Positions 22,944-34,853 of a DNA stretch of 64,000 nt are shown here, in pieces. The stretch lies in the NCBI GenBank assembly GCA_905178155.1, contig CAJINV010000002.1, positions 1,215,809 to 1,279,808 on the forward strand, read 5' to 3'. Under the pieces are notes generated by a model. That model made no database searches and was not told where the DNA came from. It saw only the letters and a program-made list of their open reading frames with translations. Position numbers and translations under genes: made by a program. This DNA comes from Amoebophrya sp. A120. Its lineage: Eukaryota; Protista; Dinoflagellata. Positions within the stretch are counted from its first letter, which is position 1. The number at the start of each line of letters is the position of its first letter.

Positions 22944-23866
22944 GTTCGTTGTTCGTACAACAAAGCGTTGATTCGACCTAGAAGGACTAAAGCAATGGAG
23001 GTCTTTTCTAGGTTATATGATTTTCTAGTGCGTATAGCGTTTCTATCCATCAAATCCCAGGTAAGAGGACACGGCTTTTCCTGTCTCTAGCATCACAATT
23101 CGACTAACCCCTTGACGATGCGTTAGAAAGAAGAGCGAAACTACGAGTGACTAGCAGGGACGATCACGACAGAGATGAACGAAGATCACAATTTTACATT
23201 CTTGTACTAACAAACAGAACATCTTGTTACATAGATACAATTTGAAACCGAGGGAGCAAGCAGATCATCAAAGACTGCGCATGGGCATCGAGATCGAAAA
23301 GCATTAAAGATCGTAAAAAATTCAACTTCAAGGAGCGGATCAACAAGATTTTCGTCGCCAACTTCAGATTTGTGCTTTAGATGACCAGTTCGTGCCTGAC
23401 GATTACTATGGAGGGACAGAAATGCTTTCATTTTTGCTGACAAGATCTTGAATTTCTAGGACTTGGTGGTGTGGTATGCATGATTCATCTTACTGCAAAA
23501 AAATTTCATGACGACGATGGACTTACACACCGACGACAATTTCTGGCTCCTATGTGACTGCGGCAAGCGAGAACCGCGCATGATCCTGACCATATCCATC
23601 CGCATTCATTGACGAAGAAATTCGTTGAGTATTATGTGCTGGACGAACAGATGCGGAAAGCACCTCGGGGTCAAATAGGACTACGTCTGCGGAGTTCATC
23701 ACACGAGCAACATCATTATGAAGATGCGTTTGCGTACTAGGTGCCTTCAAAAATGCATTCATTTTCTTCGTAAAGTAACCACGAGCTTTTCACAGCTGGG
23801 GGCGCGCCGGTCATGAACGTGATTCTTCAGTATGGCAATTCAAAATCAGGACGAGCACCGACTAGC

Positions 23867-25857
23867 TTATCCTGAGGCTACTTCATCCCCACTATCCTCG
23901 CCTTCTTCCTCTTCAGAATCGTCCTCGTCGCAAGAACTTCCGTCATCTTCGCTACTGCCCGTCGCATCCTCCTCTTCGTCCTCGTCCTCGACGTGCGCGA
24001 AAAGATATCCTGTGCAGACGTATCGCACTCGTAGGTACTAGTCGCATTCATGCATCACAATTTTCCATCTTAAGCTACAACCGCACTACAAAAACGTATC
24101 CCATTTCGTCTCACGCTGAGAAAATTTGTCTTGCGACAATTTTGTTTTTTTTTTCTAGGCTTTGGCTTCTCAGGAAGGAAAGCTTGGCATGAAATTTCTA
24201 GTTGTACTACCACGACACTTCTGCGATTCATAAAAGAATATCCGCGACGACATCCAGGATACTGCCTTGCGCGTCGGAATACAAATGTTCTTGTCTATCG
24301 CAAAGGAAAAAAGTTGCGCCAGGTGTACTGCAAGTGCGAGAAGTGATCCATCGATGAGCATCAACATTACACATTCATCAGTATTTGATGCCTTGCGTGA
24401 CAAGTATCCCTGCAGTTCTTGTTCTGAATCATGATGGTCGGCAACTACACAGAGCTTTAGATGAACTAGCGCAGCTTTTTTCGGGAGTATTTGCACATAG
24501 CAACGACACCCGCATCCTCTTCGCCATCAAGAAGCAAATCCTTAGCAAGCCTCTGTTGCTTAAACGCCGCTGTTGCGACGTCGCGCAAAATGCTAGCGTC
24601 GTCGACGGTCCATTGCTCTGTGGGAACCCATTCAACCAGGTCCGCCGCAATCAAAAAAATGCTCGCAGGTTCGTATTTTTCTGGGACATCAAAACTTACG
24701 GTGTCGTCCAAGCAACAAGGCCAGGGACTGCCCTCTCGGTACTTTTCCTTGCACGTGTCCAGCAGGACTTCCCGGATCCTAGAGATGGCGTATGGGGTTC
24801 TCAAACGTTACACTCTCACCTGTAGAGCGCGCTTTTATCATGCAAAATTGCCACAAGCCGCCGCACGAACTCGATCATCAAGGTGCCTCGCGTGACAAAT
24901 TCGCGAAGGGCTAAACAGCAACGGAATCCATCCAGCAGAATTTGTAATGCAAGACACCCAATCTTCCCGCTTCCCCTTTTGCTGTTCTTGCGTCACAAAT
25001 TTATGTCGTAGTTGAGAATGTAACATTTGGGAACTCCATATGGCAGCTCTGCCGCGTATCAGGTCGTTTTCCAGGTCCTCCACCAGCAGCGATAATCCGA
25101 GGTTCCGAATATAAAAAAACGATTCCCAAAACGACTGCGCGTACACGTCGAAAGCTTCTCGCGTGTAGGGCTCCTGGGTGGAAAAAACCCTCTGGTTGAT
25201 AATTGGTTCCAAATTGTTCCAAATCTTCCCGAGGAAGATTAGCTCAAAGGCCTCCAAGAAAAAATCCAATTGCTGATCGTCGCTGGCGTGGCCGAGGTAG
25301 CTGTGCAATACAAAATCCAGCTCCTGCTCTTGGTGGTCCTCGTTTATTCCTGGAACGCCGTGCCGATCGTAGTTGAAGCTCGGATTCGCGCTGCTGCCGC
25401 GCGGGCAATTCTCGTCAAAAATGACCGCCGCCAGAAATTCTGTTACGTCGATTTTTCCTTCCACGTAGTAGAAAAAACCCGGCCTGTCATCCGGCGGAAG
25501 CCTCACCAGAGCTTCATAATCTTTTCCTCCGCCAAAGTTGTCTGCGCCGGCAACGACAATTTGCATGTGGTGATTTTCCGGAAGCGGCGTCGTTTTGGTG
25601 ATGGGTTCCGAAGTTTCGATATCCAAAAGCCGGATTAGACACGCCGGGATCGGCTTATTTTTATTTTGACCCGGAAGATGATCCTCCTGCCGCGCAGACA
25701 GTTCCTTCGCAGCAGCTTCTTTCACCGCTTGCAACCGCGGCGCGGCATTGACGTGAATTTCATCCCCGCTTGCATTCGTGAGAATGAAGGGGATAGTGAT
25801 TTCAGCTGGAGGTGCCGCTCCTGTCCCACGCGGGCTCGATGGGTTGGTGTCCGTCAT
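23867..25857 (-). CDS. Paralog of 21537-22943, interrupted by introners; acidic C-terminus
   Basis: Start MTDTNPSS; homology to the neighbour continues across element 24791-25040; 3' exons less certain. Confidence 0.75.
24006..24232. mobile_element. Introner, family B (degenerate, expanded)
   Basis: tatcctgtgcagacgtatcgcactcgta...cgacacttctgcgattcata; DR aaaga. Confidence 0.7.
24296..24489. mobile_element. Possible eroded introner of another family
   Basis: tatcgcaaaggaaaaaagttgcgc...gcgcagcttttttcgggagta imperfect inverted repeat; DR not conserved. Confidence 0.45.
24791..25040. mobile_element. Introner, family E
   Basis: TIRs; DR tggcg/tggca. Confidence 0.9.
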
Positions 25858-26809
25858 GATGATAGATCTTTTTTTCCAAAAGCGAGTAGATGAAAACGTC
25901 GAATCGCGGAGGTCAAGGTGACGGGCTTGTAGTTGCTGCGTAAACAAAAATTTCAACGATCCAGATTTGGTGCATCGCCTTGCTGCAACCAGTACAACCT
26001 CACACACGCACCTGAGTCTACATAGTAACCAAAACTTCGACCGGGACGGAGACCGCTGAAACAAGTAAGTATCTAATCTACTCCGCGCCTGCGGCTGGGA
26101 CCAGTTGTCGCCGAGGTAAGTATGGATACATCACGAGAGAACGAATGGACAGTGGTTTCCGTCTTGTTGTTGAGAGATCGTCTTCACGACAACGCTTGTG
26201 GAACCAGAAAATGAACCAGAGATCGCGCTCATCTGCTTCAAGGATCCTCCACAACGGTCGTATACGAAAACGTCTTATTCGTGAGAACACGCCCTACAGC
26301 TTTGGATTGCGGCAGTCGCGCCACCAAAAATAGCCGTCAAGATATCTGTCGTCTTGTACGCAGGATAATGCTGTTTTTTACAAGGATGCTTGCGCTTCTA
26401 ATCATCATGGAGTTCTGCTGCTGCTAGATAGCTGTACTAGGGGAAACAAACTTTCATTCACACATAGTACACGCACGGCATTTTCACATTCATTTTCTCG
26501 TTCGCAAAATTCTCTTTTCTAGTTTTGGTTGTAAACCGTCTGTATTCTCAACATCATTTCAACACTGTTGAATAGGAATCTCTCTCTTACAGGGTGTGGA
26601 GGTCCATCCTTTCCTCGTTTGAAAGGAATTGAAATTGTCTTAGGGTATTTGAAGTTTCCTGTTACTTTCTCGTACAAATGGATTATCGTTACTTTGCTTT
26701 AGTATGTAGATGTACTTTGACGCTTTTCTTTTTCTTTCATTTCGCCACGACAATCTATCCACTCCTCATTAATTTCAGCTCAGTTCTCTACTTCACACAC
26801 CACCGCATC

Positions 26810-29800
26810 CTACTGCGCCCGCAACTGCATCATCGCCGGACCGCCGATGGGGTAGTATGGTGTTCTCAAATGTTACATTCTCAACTGTTACACGAATTAT
26901 GGCAAAAGTGAAAGGACAAGGAGGAAGATTGCGCCTTCTGCATTACAGATTTGGGACGGATTGTAGTGCTATTTAGCGCGTCGAGAAGTTGTCATGCTGA
27001 GAAGGCTTGATCGTGTGCAGAGAGATAGTGTTTTTGCATGACAAATTCATGCAACAGCTGAGAATGTAACAGTTGAGAACCGCATAGGTAGGCAAACGAC
27101 CTTGGCCTCTGCTGCCCTTGCGCGTTTGACGGGAGCTGAAAGCCCTGCGGGTGGTGTAGCTGGGTTGGGGGAACCTGTGGACAAGGTCAAATGTGAGTTT
27201 GTAGTGCTTTATCCGATTTGTATATTTTCATCATGCACGCAGGAACTGCAATGTGAAAGAAGAAGAACTTCCGATTCTACAATAGCACGACCGAATTTCT
27301 TCATCTGTCCTACATCCTCAAACCTGCTGCATCCCACCACCGCCGCCCATCACGCTGGCCTGCTGCTGCGGTGTTGGCTGCTGACTCGAGGATGCGTATT
27401 GTGGTGTTGCGGCGCTAGCACCGGTCGTGGGGAGTCTTGAGGAGCCGTAGGTTAGCATGTTCTCCTCGACCGTTCTCTGGAGATTTGTCTGTTGGCTCGT
27501 CATCAGCTTCTGAAACTCGTGGAACTCGCGGGATAGGTCCCGTAGGGGTATGCATTGCAAAAGCAAAAGCATCGCACTTGTACAAATTGCATGACAAATT
27601 TTCCCAGCATGAGAAATGAAACTTGTTATGTAGATTGAACTTGCGCAAGAGATTTGTAATGCAGGAATGCGATGAGATAGTTTTGCAATGCATAATTGTG
27701 TCATTCCATCTGTTCATGTTGTCCGCGAGATTTGCGATTGCCTGGTCGTGATCCACTCGCGTGCGCTTCAACTCCGTGGCGGTGTTCCTGGAGGGGTTTG
27801 CTTTGTTATTGGGTTGTTGTTTCTCATGCAAGATGCTGCATGCGAAGGCGACTTTGTCATGCAGCACAACAAGCACAATTTAAAATAAGTGATCGCCGTG
27901 TTTGTACTGTGAATTGAGCTCCAGCTCCGCGTAGTTCTTCATTAGACTTTGACTACTGTCCGCGGCTTATCAAATGTAAAAATGTCTGGGTCTGGAAGAT
28001 TCTGAGACTTGTCATGCACGTTTTGCATGGGCCATGATGTCTGTGATGCATGCCCTAGCATCACAGACTTTTTGAGGGCTTCGTGCTACCTACTCCGCAT
28101 GACAAATGCCCTCTCCGCGTAGCCAAAATTGCATTCCCGTTGCTGGTCATGCATTACAGATTTTTTTTGCAATCCAAATGCAGCATCACAAGTTCGGATT
28201 CTTCCAGACCCAGACATTTTCACATTTGATACGGCTAGCCGGTGCGTTTCCTCCCGTTGCACGCGGACCTGGGGTTATTTGTGGTGGAATTGTTTGTGTT
28301 TGACATTGATGACAGACTTTAATACAGACTCGCTGTGTCCTCCTCCTCGTCACTCTCTGAAATACTTACACATGAAGATCCACACTTTTAGGTCAATGCC
28401 TCTATTCCCCTCTTCTCAGACTTCGCTCGATGTGATTTACAAATTCCTTTGAAATTGTATCTAGCGCTTGCACAGCCGCTTGGGCGCTCTGAAGTAGAGC
28501 ACCTTCCCAAACGGTGTAAGTAGAGGACGCAGAAAATTTAGTTTTGGAAGACCTTTCTGACTCACTTTGGTACAAGAAAACCAAGCGAGCAAACGAGGTT
28601 CCGTGTTTTTAGTTCTGCGTGGCGGCGGCCTATTTCACTTCTAGTACTTCATTTTCCCCCTACCCCCCAGCGTGCATTTTTGCATTTTCTTTCACGTGAG
28701 ACAACAATTGTATCTAGCGCTTGCACAGCCGCTTGCGCGCTCGAAGGAGCATATCGCGAAACGGTGTAGAGGACGCAGAAAATTTAGTTTTGGAAGACCT
28801 TTCTGACTCACTTTGGTAGAAGGGAAGACCAAGCGAGCAAACGAGGTTCCGTATTTTAGAAGTTCTGCGAGGCCTATTTGACTTCTACTTCATTTTCCCC
28901 CTGCCCCCCCAGAGTGCATTTTTGCATCTTTTTACACGTGGTGAGAAAAGGATAATAATTGTATCTAGCGCTTGCACAGCCGCTTGCGCGCTCGAAAGAA
29001 CATATCGCGAAACGGTGTAGAGGACGCAGAAAATTTTAGTTTGGGAAGACCTTTCTGACTCACTTTGGTACAGGAAAAACCAAGCGAGCAAACGAGGTTC
29101 CACAGAGGTGATTTAGATTTTGTCTTCTTCTAGCAAGACTGACAATTCAAAGTTGGATTTTGTATTCTAGCATGACTTGTCATCTCTCAGAAAATCTAGA
29201 CCACCTGCTTCTTCTTGTTCTTCACTATCACTTCTTGCACTCAATTTCAGCATATACAACAGCACCATTCCGAAACAAAAGAGTTTCCAGTACCTCATTC
29301 AGCTCCGTCTGTAGCTGCAGTATCTGCGCCTGCTGCTGCTGTAGTGTTGAACTGTACTGCTTTTTCAGCCCCTCTATCTCGACCTGTCTATACTGCAACT
29401 GCTCGACCAGGGACTGATATGAACTGCAAAAGTATCGTACTAGTATAAATCGCATGACAAATTTCCTCAGCATGACAAAGAAAATTTGTAATGCGGATTT
29501 CACCTGAGAAATAAATTTGTAATGCATGAATGCGATTAGTACGAGTACGATACTTTTGCACGGGATAACTGGTAGTCCGCCGCGATTTCCTGGTCCGACT
29601 GCGCTTTGGACTTCTTATCCTGTGCAAAAGTATCGCACTCGTATTGCAGTCATGCATTACAAATCTTTTTGTTAAGGTAAATCAACATTACAAATTTTAT
29701 TTCTCATGCTGAGAAAATTTGTGATGGTGCACTTGTGCGACTACGAGACTTTTGCAATGCATACTTCTTCAGGGCCTGGAGCTCGTTTATCGTGTCCTGC

Positions 29801-30365
29801 AATCGCTCGCGGAGGTCGACGAGCTGTTGCTGCTGCTGTTGTTGCACAGTCGTGGCGTTGCGCTTGAAGTCCGAAAGCTCTTGGTTGTTGGAGGAAATAC
29901 CTGAAGATTTAGGGAGGAAGATTTTGGAGTTCATTTTCAGATTCGTATTCAGTTTCAGATGCATTTTTCGCGCCTGTGCAACATGACAACACAAGCCATA
30001 AAGATGTGTCCATCACCAGCAACTACGTTCTAACGTTCTTCTGTAAAAAAAAATCATACCATTCCTAACGATTCCCATCTCGGCTAGTATCTGCTGGAGA
30101 TTCCCGTTTGTCCTGTTTCTCATCTCCGAAAGCCATTGCGCGAACGCGAGGACTATGCATTGCAAAAGTATCGCACTAGTATAATTTGCATGACAAATTT
30201 TCTCAAGAACAAAAATGCAATTTGTAATGCTGTTTTCCCTTAGAAAATAGATCTGTCATGCATGGCTGCAATTAGTACGCGTACGATACTTTTGCACTGG
30301 ATAAGGACGGTGACGTCCACGTTTTCCATACTTTGCGAGGATGACGCGGCCATGGGATCGTTCAT
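26810..30365 (-). CDS. Multi-exon Gln-rich coiled-coil protein of unknown function
   Basis: Start MNDP/MAASSSQS near 30353-30365. Exon fragments QQQQLVDLRERLQDTINEL, SLVEQLQYRQVEIEGLKK, LRDLSREFHEFQKLM. Ends AYPIGGPAMMQLRAQ*. Several intron boundaries unresolved. Confidence 0.6.
26856..27086. mobile_element. Introner, family E
   Basis: TIRs; DR ggtag. Confidence 0.9.
27549..27694. mobile_element. Introner, family B (eroded)
   Basis: tatgcattgcaaaa...ttttgcaatgcata; DR lost. Confidence 0.7.
27968..28231. mobile_element. Introner, family A
   Basis: TIRs; DR cggct. Confidence 0.9.
28453..29101. repeat. Tandem repeat, ~2.6 copies of a ~250-bp unit (probably intronic)
   Basis: aattgtatctagcgcttgcacagccgcttg...accaagcgagcaaacgaggttcc starts at ~28453, ~28706 and ~28957. 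Confidence 0.9.
29418..29567. mobile_element. Introner, family B
   Basis: TIRs; DR actga/actgg. Confidence 0.9.
29616..29763. mobile_element. Introner, family B
   Basis: TIRs; DR cttct. Confidence 0.9.
30154..30303. mobile_element. Introner, family B
   Basis: TIRs; DR aggac. Confidence 0.9.
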
Positions 30366-32193
30366 GGTATTTGCGCTGCCTCAGCGAAGGAGCCTGAGTG
30401 GATCGGATCTGCGATCTTGTTGTTCCGTCGTGGTGTGCAATTCTAAAAATTATATGCAGATCTACTCTTGCTCTTGCAGCTGAAACTCCGTTGCGTCTCT
30501 CACTATTACAACGGATTGCTCATCAATACGGATATTCTGTTGCTTTTGTTCTTGTGACTAAAGATGCTAGTACCGGTTGTAAACTACATGGATCTTCCGT
30601 GCAGGTGCAGGTCTCTCGCCTCGGGGCATGCTAATAAAGCCAGCTCCATCAGCCTCATCCTCTGTAGGGGAATGAATATTTCTAGCTCCTGCAACGACCC
30701 TCAAAACAACTCCGCACACGTGACCTTTTCTCTCGCTGTACTCTCATCCCTGCACTGCAGGCTTAACGAAAGAAAAGAAAGACGAAAAAACAGCAAACAC
30801 CCCCGCCACCGCCTGAACAACAAAACTATTCTGCCGAGCCTTGAAACTCTCGTGTAGTTCTTCCGCATCATCATAGTGCGGCATTGATTTTTTTTCCTTT
30901 TTTCAAGTTTTTAGTTTTAGAAGTGTAGTTTGCGCGTTGATTGTTAGACTATGCGTGGCTCCAGACAAAGAAAACTAGCTGCTCGTAACAAAGTGGTCCT
31001 AAAGATAGCAACGAAGGTGTTTTTTTTTCCGAAATTAGCTCTGGCGGAGCGAGTTCGAAAAATAAATCCCTGTTCGTATAGTCATCAAACGATGCCATAA
31101 AAGCCAGCTCGATGCTGATGCTCATGTACCAACGTAATCTATCTCCGCTGCCTCGTGCCTCACTTCAATTTGCCAACATTGATGCCAACTGTTCTGGAAA
31201 TCAGACCCGAAAGCCTTTCACTCCTTATTTATCGCCAACCTTGCTGCGTGAAGCAGTCTTTCTTGTGCCAACAAATTCTGCTTTGCCTTTCCAAATCTGA
31301 ATCAGCCAACATCAAACCTATTCTTGCATCTCAATTGAAGATCAAGCAACATAAGCATGTCTTCAACAGCTGCACACAGTTTACTTGAGCTTCCGCTCAT
31401 GTTCCTGACATCTTATTCGCCAACATGTTTTGCCAACTGACAAGCAGCGAAGCTACTTGCCCTCCGACTCAACGCCAACTTTTTTTGCCTGCAAGAATCC
31501 CTATCTATTGTATGTGCTAACCAGACCTGAAGCTCGACAAAGCCGCGTTTTTTATTTCTGCCTTTCCTTTGATCCTTCCCAATCTTCGCGTCAAGAAAAA
31601 GACCGCAGCATAGTACGTCGTCGCTAATATGACGCCGACGTAAAAACGCTGCAGCTTTCTCTTCTTGCTTTGTGTACTATACCACCTGTTTGTCACTGCT
31701 TTTTCTTTTTTTACTATTTTTTGTGACAGAACAAGCGGTTCGTGACAGTGTTCCACCTAAAGTCGTACTTAGAGCGATAAAAATAGTGTGCCTGTGTTCG
31801 TTTTCAAAATATCACCTTCGTTCTTCCATTAAAAATCGGTATATCGGTTCTTCTAGCACGCTGAGCTTTCAGCTGTTCTTTCACGGCAGCCAAACACAAC
31901 GTACTAGAGGGAAACCGGAGGTGGTGCGCGCTTGAGGACATTTCAGGGTTGCAAGTAGTAAAGAGAGAAAGATGATGAGCTAAGATTCCGTAAAAGCTGT
32001 TCGTAAAAACCTCGTGGTCGTAAGTTGATAAATCCGTTGTAAATCCGTATCCGCGTGAAGTAGAAATAAAATCGCTTGTCTTTAAATGTTGAATGCATGT
32101 ATCTTGATCGTGACAATTCTTCTCGAAATAAAGCACCTCTTCCGAAGCACTTTATCCCCGCTCCAAATACAACCGGAGGCAGCTACTGTTCGC

Positions 32194-33531
32194 TCAATCG
32201 GAGTCGGAATCGAAGGTCTTCACGGTTCCCTGCGCCTCCTGGATGGAGCCGTTGTTGGCCGCCTTGATCGGATCCGAGCCCTTCTTTCCCTTTTTGCCCT
32301 TTCCCTTGCCCTTACCGTCCTTTCCCTTCTTACCGCCCTTGCCACCCTTATCACCCGCTTCGCGGGGAGCGGAATAGTCGACCGCGATCTTCTTCCCGTC
32401 GAGCTCGGTGTTGTTGCAATCCTTAATCGCCGCGTCGACCGCTTCCGTCGTTTCGAAATCGACAAAAGCCATACCACGACTAGCGCCGGTCTCACGGTCC
32501 ATGATGATCTTGATGTTAGAAATCCCCCCGCAGTTCTCGAAGTGCGTGCGAATGGAATCCTCCACGGTCTCGTAGTTCATGTACTTGACCATAATCGACT
32601 TGCAATTTTCCGGTTTTTCCTGGGGGACGAAATCTTTCCCCTTTCCCTTCTTGCCCTTACCGTCCTTTCCCTTCCCCTTTTTACCGTCCTTACCTTTCTT
32701 GCCATTCCCTTTATCGCCGTTGTCCTCGCAGTAGCGGACACGGAGGGTTCTTCCGCCGTACTCCGTCTCGTTGTACTCTAACGCTTTTTTACTCCCCTCC
32801 GCGGTTTCGTAATCGACGAACGCAATGCCCTTGTACTGCCCAGTTTCCTTGTCCTGCGGCATGCGGAAGGAGACGATGGTGCCGCACTCCTCAAAATCCT
32901 TCTTAACCGTCTCCTCATCGGCAGACCAGGGAAGGCCGAAGATGATCACCGACTTGTTCTCCTTCTCAGTGGAAGTTGTAGCGGAGTCATCTTCCTTCTT
33001 CTCCTCCGCGGCAGGAGAAGCTTCGGCGGACGGAGATTCATCGGACTTCTTCTCATCATCGCCTTCATCAGCGGATGTGGAGGACTCGGAGTCTTCCTTC
33101 TTCTCAACAGCAACCGGTTCCGGAGCAGGAGCTGCGACTTCTTCCTCCTTCTTGGACTTCTTCTTTTTCTTCGGAGCTTCCTCCTCCTTCTTTTCCTCGG
33201 AATCAACTTCCATAGCGACCGGGGCAGCTTCTTCGGTCTTGGACTTCTTCTTCTTTTTCTTCTCGGAAACGACCTCGGCAGCCGGCTCTTCAGCCTTGGG
33301 TTGTTCCTCAACCGCGGCTTCAGTAGCCTCCTTGTTCTTCTTCTTCTTCTTTTTCGCCGGTTCCTCGGCAGCAGGAACTTCCTCCGCCTCACGCTTGGTC
33401 ACAACCGGTTCGGCAACAGCGGCTTCCTCGGAAGATTTCTTCTTCTTTTTCTTCTTCTCCGCCACGGCGGCAACGGCTTCGACCGGGACCTCGGCGGTCG
33501 CGACGGTGGTATCCTTGGATTTCTTGGCCAT
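32194..33531 (-). CDS. Nucleolin/NSR1(gar2)-like nucleolar RNA-binding protein with two RRMs; intronless
   Basis: K/E-rich N-terminus. RRM1 VIIFGLPWS...KGIAFVDY, RRM2 IMVKYMNY...RGMAFVDF, GK-rich linkers. C-terminus GSIQEAQGTVKTFDSD resembles fungal Nsr1/Gar2 ends. Probable start MAKKSK. Confidence 0.9.
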   Translation of the reverse strand: MAKKSKDTTVATAEVPVEAVAAVAEKKKKKKKSSEEAAVAEPVVTKREAEEVPAAEEPAKKKKKKNKEATEAAVEEQPKAEEPAAEVVSEKKKKKKSKTEEAAPVAMEVDSEEKKEEEAPKKKKKSKKEEEVAAPAPEPVAVEKKEDSESSTSADEGDDEKKSDESPSAEASPAAEEKKEDDSATTSTEKENKSVIIFGLPWSADEETVKKDFEECGTIVSFRMPQDKETGQYKGIAFVDYETAEGSKKALEYNETEYGGRTLRVRYCEDNGDKGNGKKGKDGKKGKGKDGKGKKGKGKDFVPQEKPENCKSIMVKYMNYETVEDSIRTHFENCGGISNIKIIMDRETGASRGMAFVDFETTEAVDAAIKDCNNTELDGKKIAVDYSAPREAGDKGGKGGKKGKDGKGKGKGKKGKKGSDPIKAANNGSIQEAQGTVKTFDSDSD

Positions 33532-34853
33532 TTTGAAAATGTTGGGGGTGGTTGCTCGTGTATCAACTTGCTCAACAAAGTGAAGATGAAAACAGTGTGT
33601 TGTCAAGTAGACAGACTTTCTTAAGATGCAGTTTGTTGTAAAAAGAGGAACTCTTCAACAACGTAGTAGATAACGCCTGTTGTGGTCGAGTGGGAATGAC
33701 AATTGGATTTGGTTTTGGAATGAATGATATATTTCGAGAACTTCGACGCACAAGTACATGTTCATACAATAAAACTCTCGTCTTTCATTTAGATCTGCTG
33801 AGGTGGATCTTGATTTTGTCTTGCTGGTGATCTCGTCGTCGCTAGATCCTGAGCTGTCACTAGACGACCCTCTGTACTGGAGCTCGAGCTGGTGTGTTCT
33901 TTGCACGAACGCAATTCGATTCGTGATTCAAGATCGTGCTTCTACCATTCCATCTGATCGTCTTCACCAGGGGGATTTTCTTGTTGATCCTTATTATCGA
34001 GGAGCGGTTGCGGTTCCCTCATGATGAGCTTCAATTTTTTCAAGCAGCTGACTTTTTCCTCGATCCTTTCGTAGCTGTCGCTGATCCTGATAGTAAGTCG
34101 GGATGTAAAATCGTCAACATGGTGTAAAACACAGAGACTTAATTTGTGAACAACGTGAAGACTACGCGCGCGTTTCTTGAGAAAAGCGCTTCTGTGCTGC
34201 AGTGCCTTTGTGTACTCGGCTCATGTATTCTATATGCGACGCTAGTAGTGCTCGTAAAAGGGTCACATTCAAAGATCTACCTCTGTGCAAAATCTACAGG
34301 GGAAAAAGCCTTGCAGTCATGAGGAGGCGAAATTTATGCACTATGCACCGGGCTGTTCTGCTTCGAGTTCTTCCTTGATTTAGATTGGGGTTGCGTTACC
34401 GGGGGTGTACTTCAAATTGATTTAGGTTGCGTCACGAAGTTTGAATTTCAAACTCGCTTTCGCATACTTTGCATACATAGACATGTGCTACAACTATTAC
34501 TTTTCTGCTTGTTCATTTTACTACCACATGGTGGAAGCTTGCACCACACTACTTTCATGGTGCGCTCCACCGTTTTCTAAGCACGACCATGAAGCGCAAT
34601 TACACTTCAATGAAGGTAGGTCACATATGGAAATCGTACATCATGCTCTTGTTCATGCATAAACTGTATATTGCTCGTCTTAAATACTTTTGGTTTTGTG
34701 CCGACTGTTCTCATTCTGAAAAAATCATACATTGGTTGTAGTTCTGCATAGGAAAATAATAGGTACCGACAGAGGCACCACTGAAAAAAATCCTCACCCA
34801 CCAATGGTTAATAGCGGAGCCAGAACTAAACACTGTTCAGGACGTCACTGCAT

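Noticed and set aside
32086-33624. Plus-strand ORFs of 231 and 252 aa
   Set aside because: Antisense shadows of the RRM gene.
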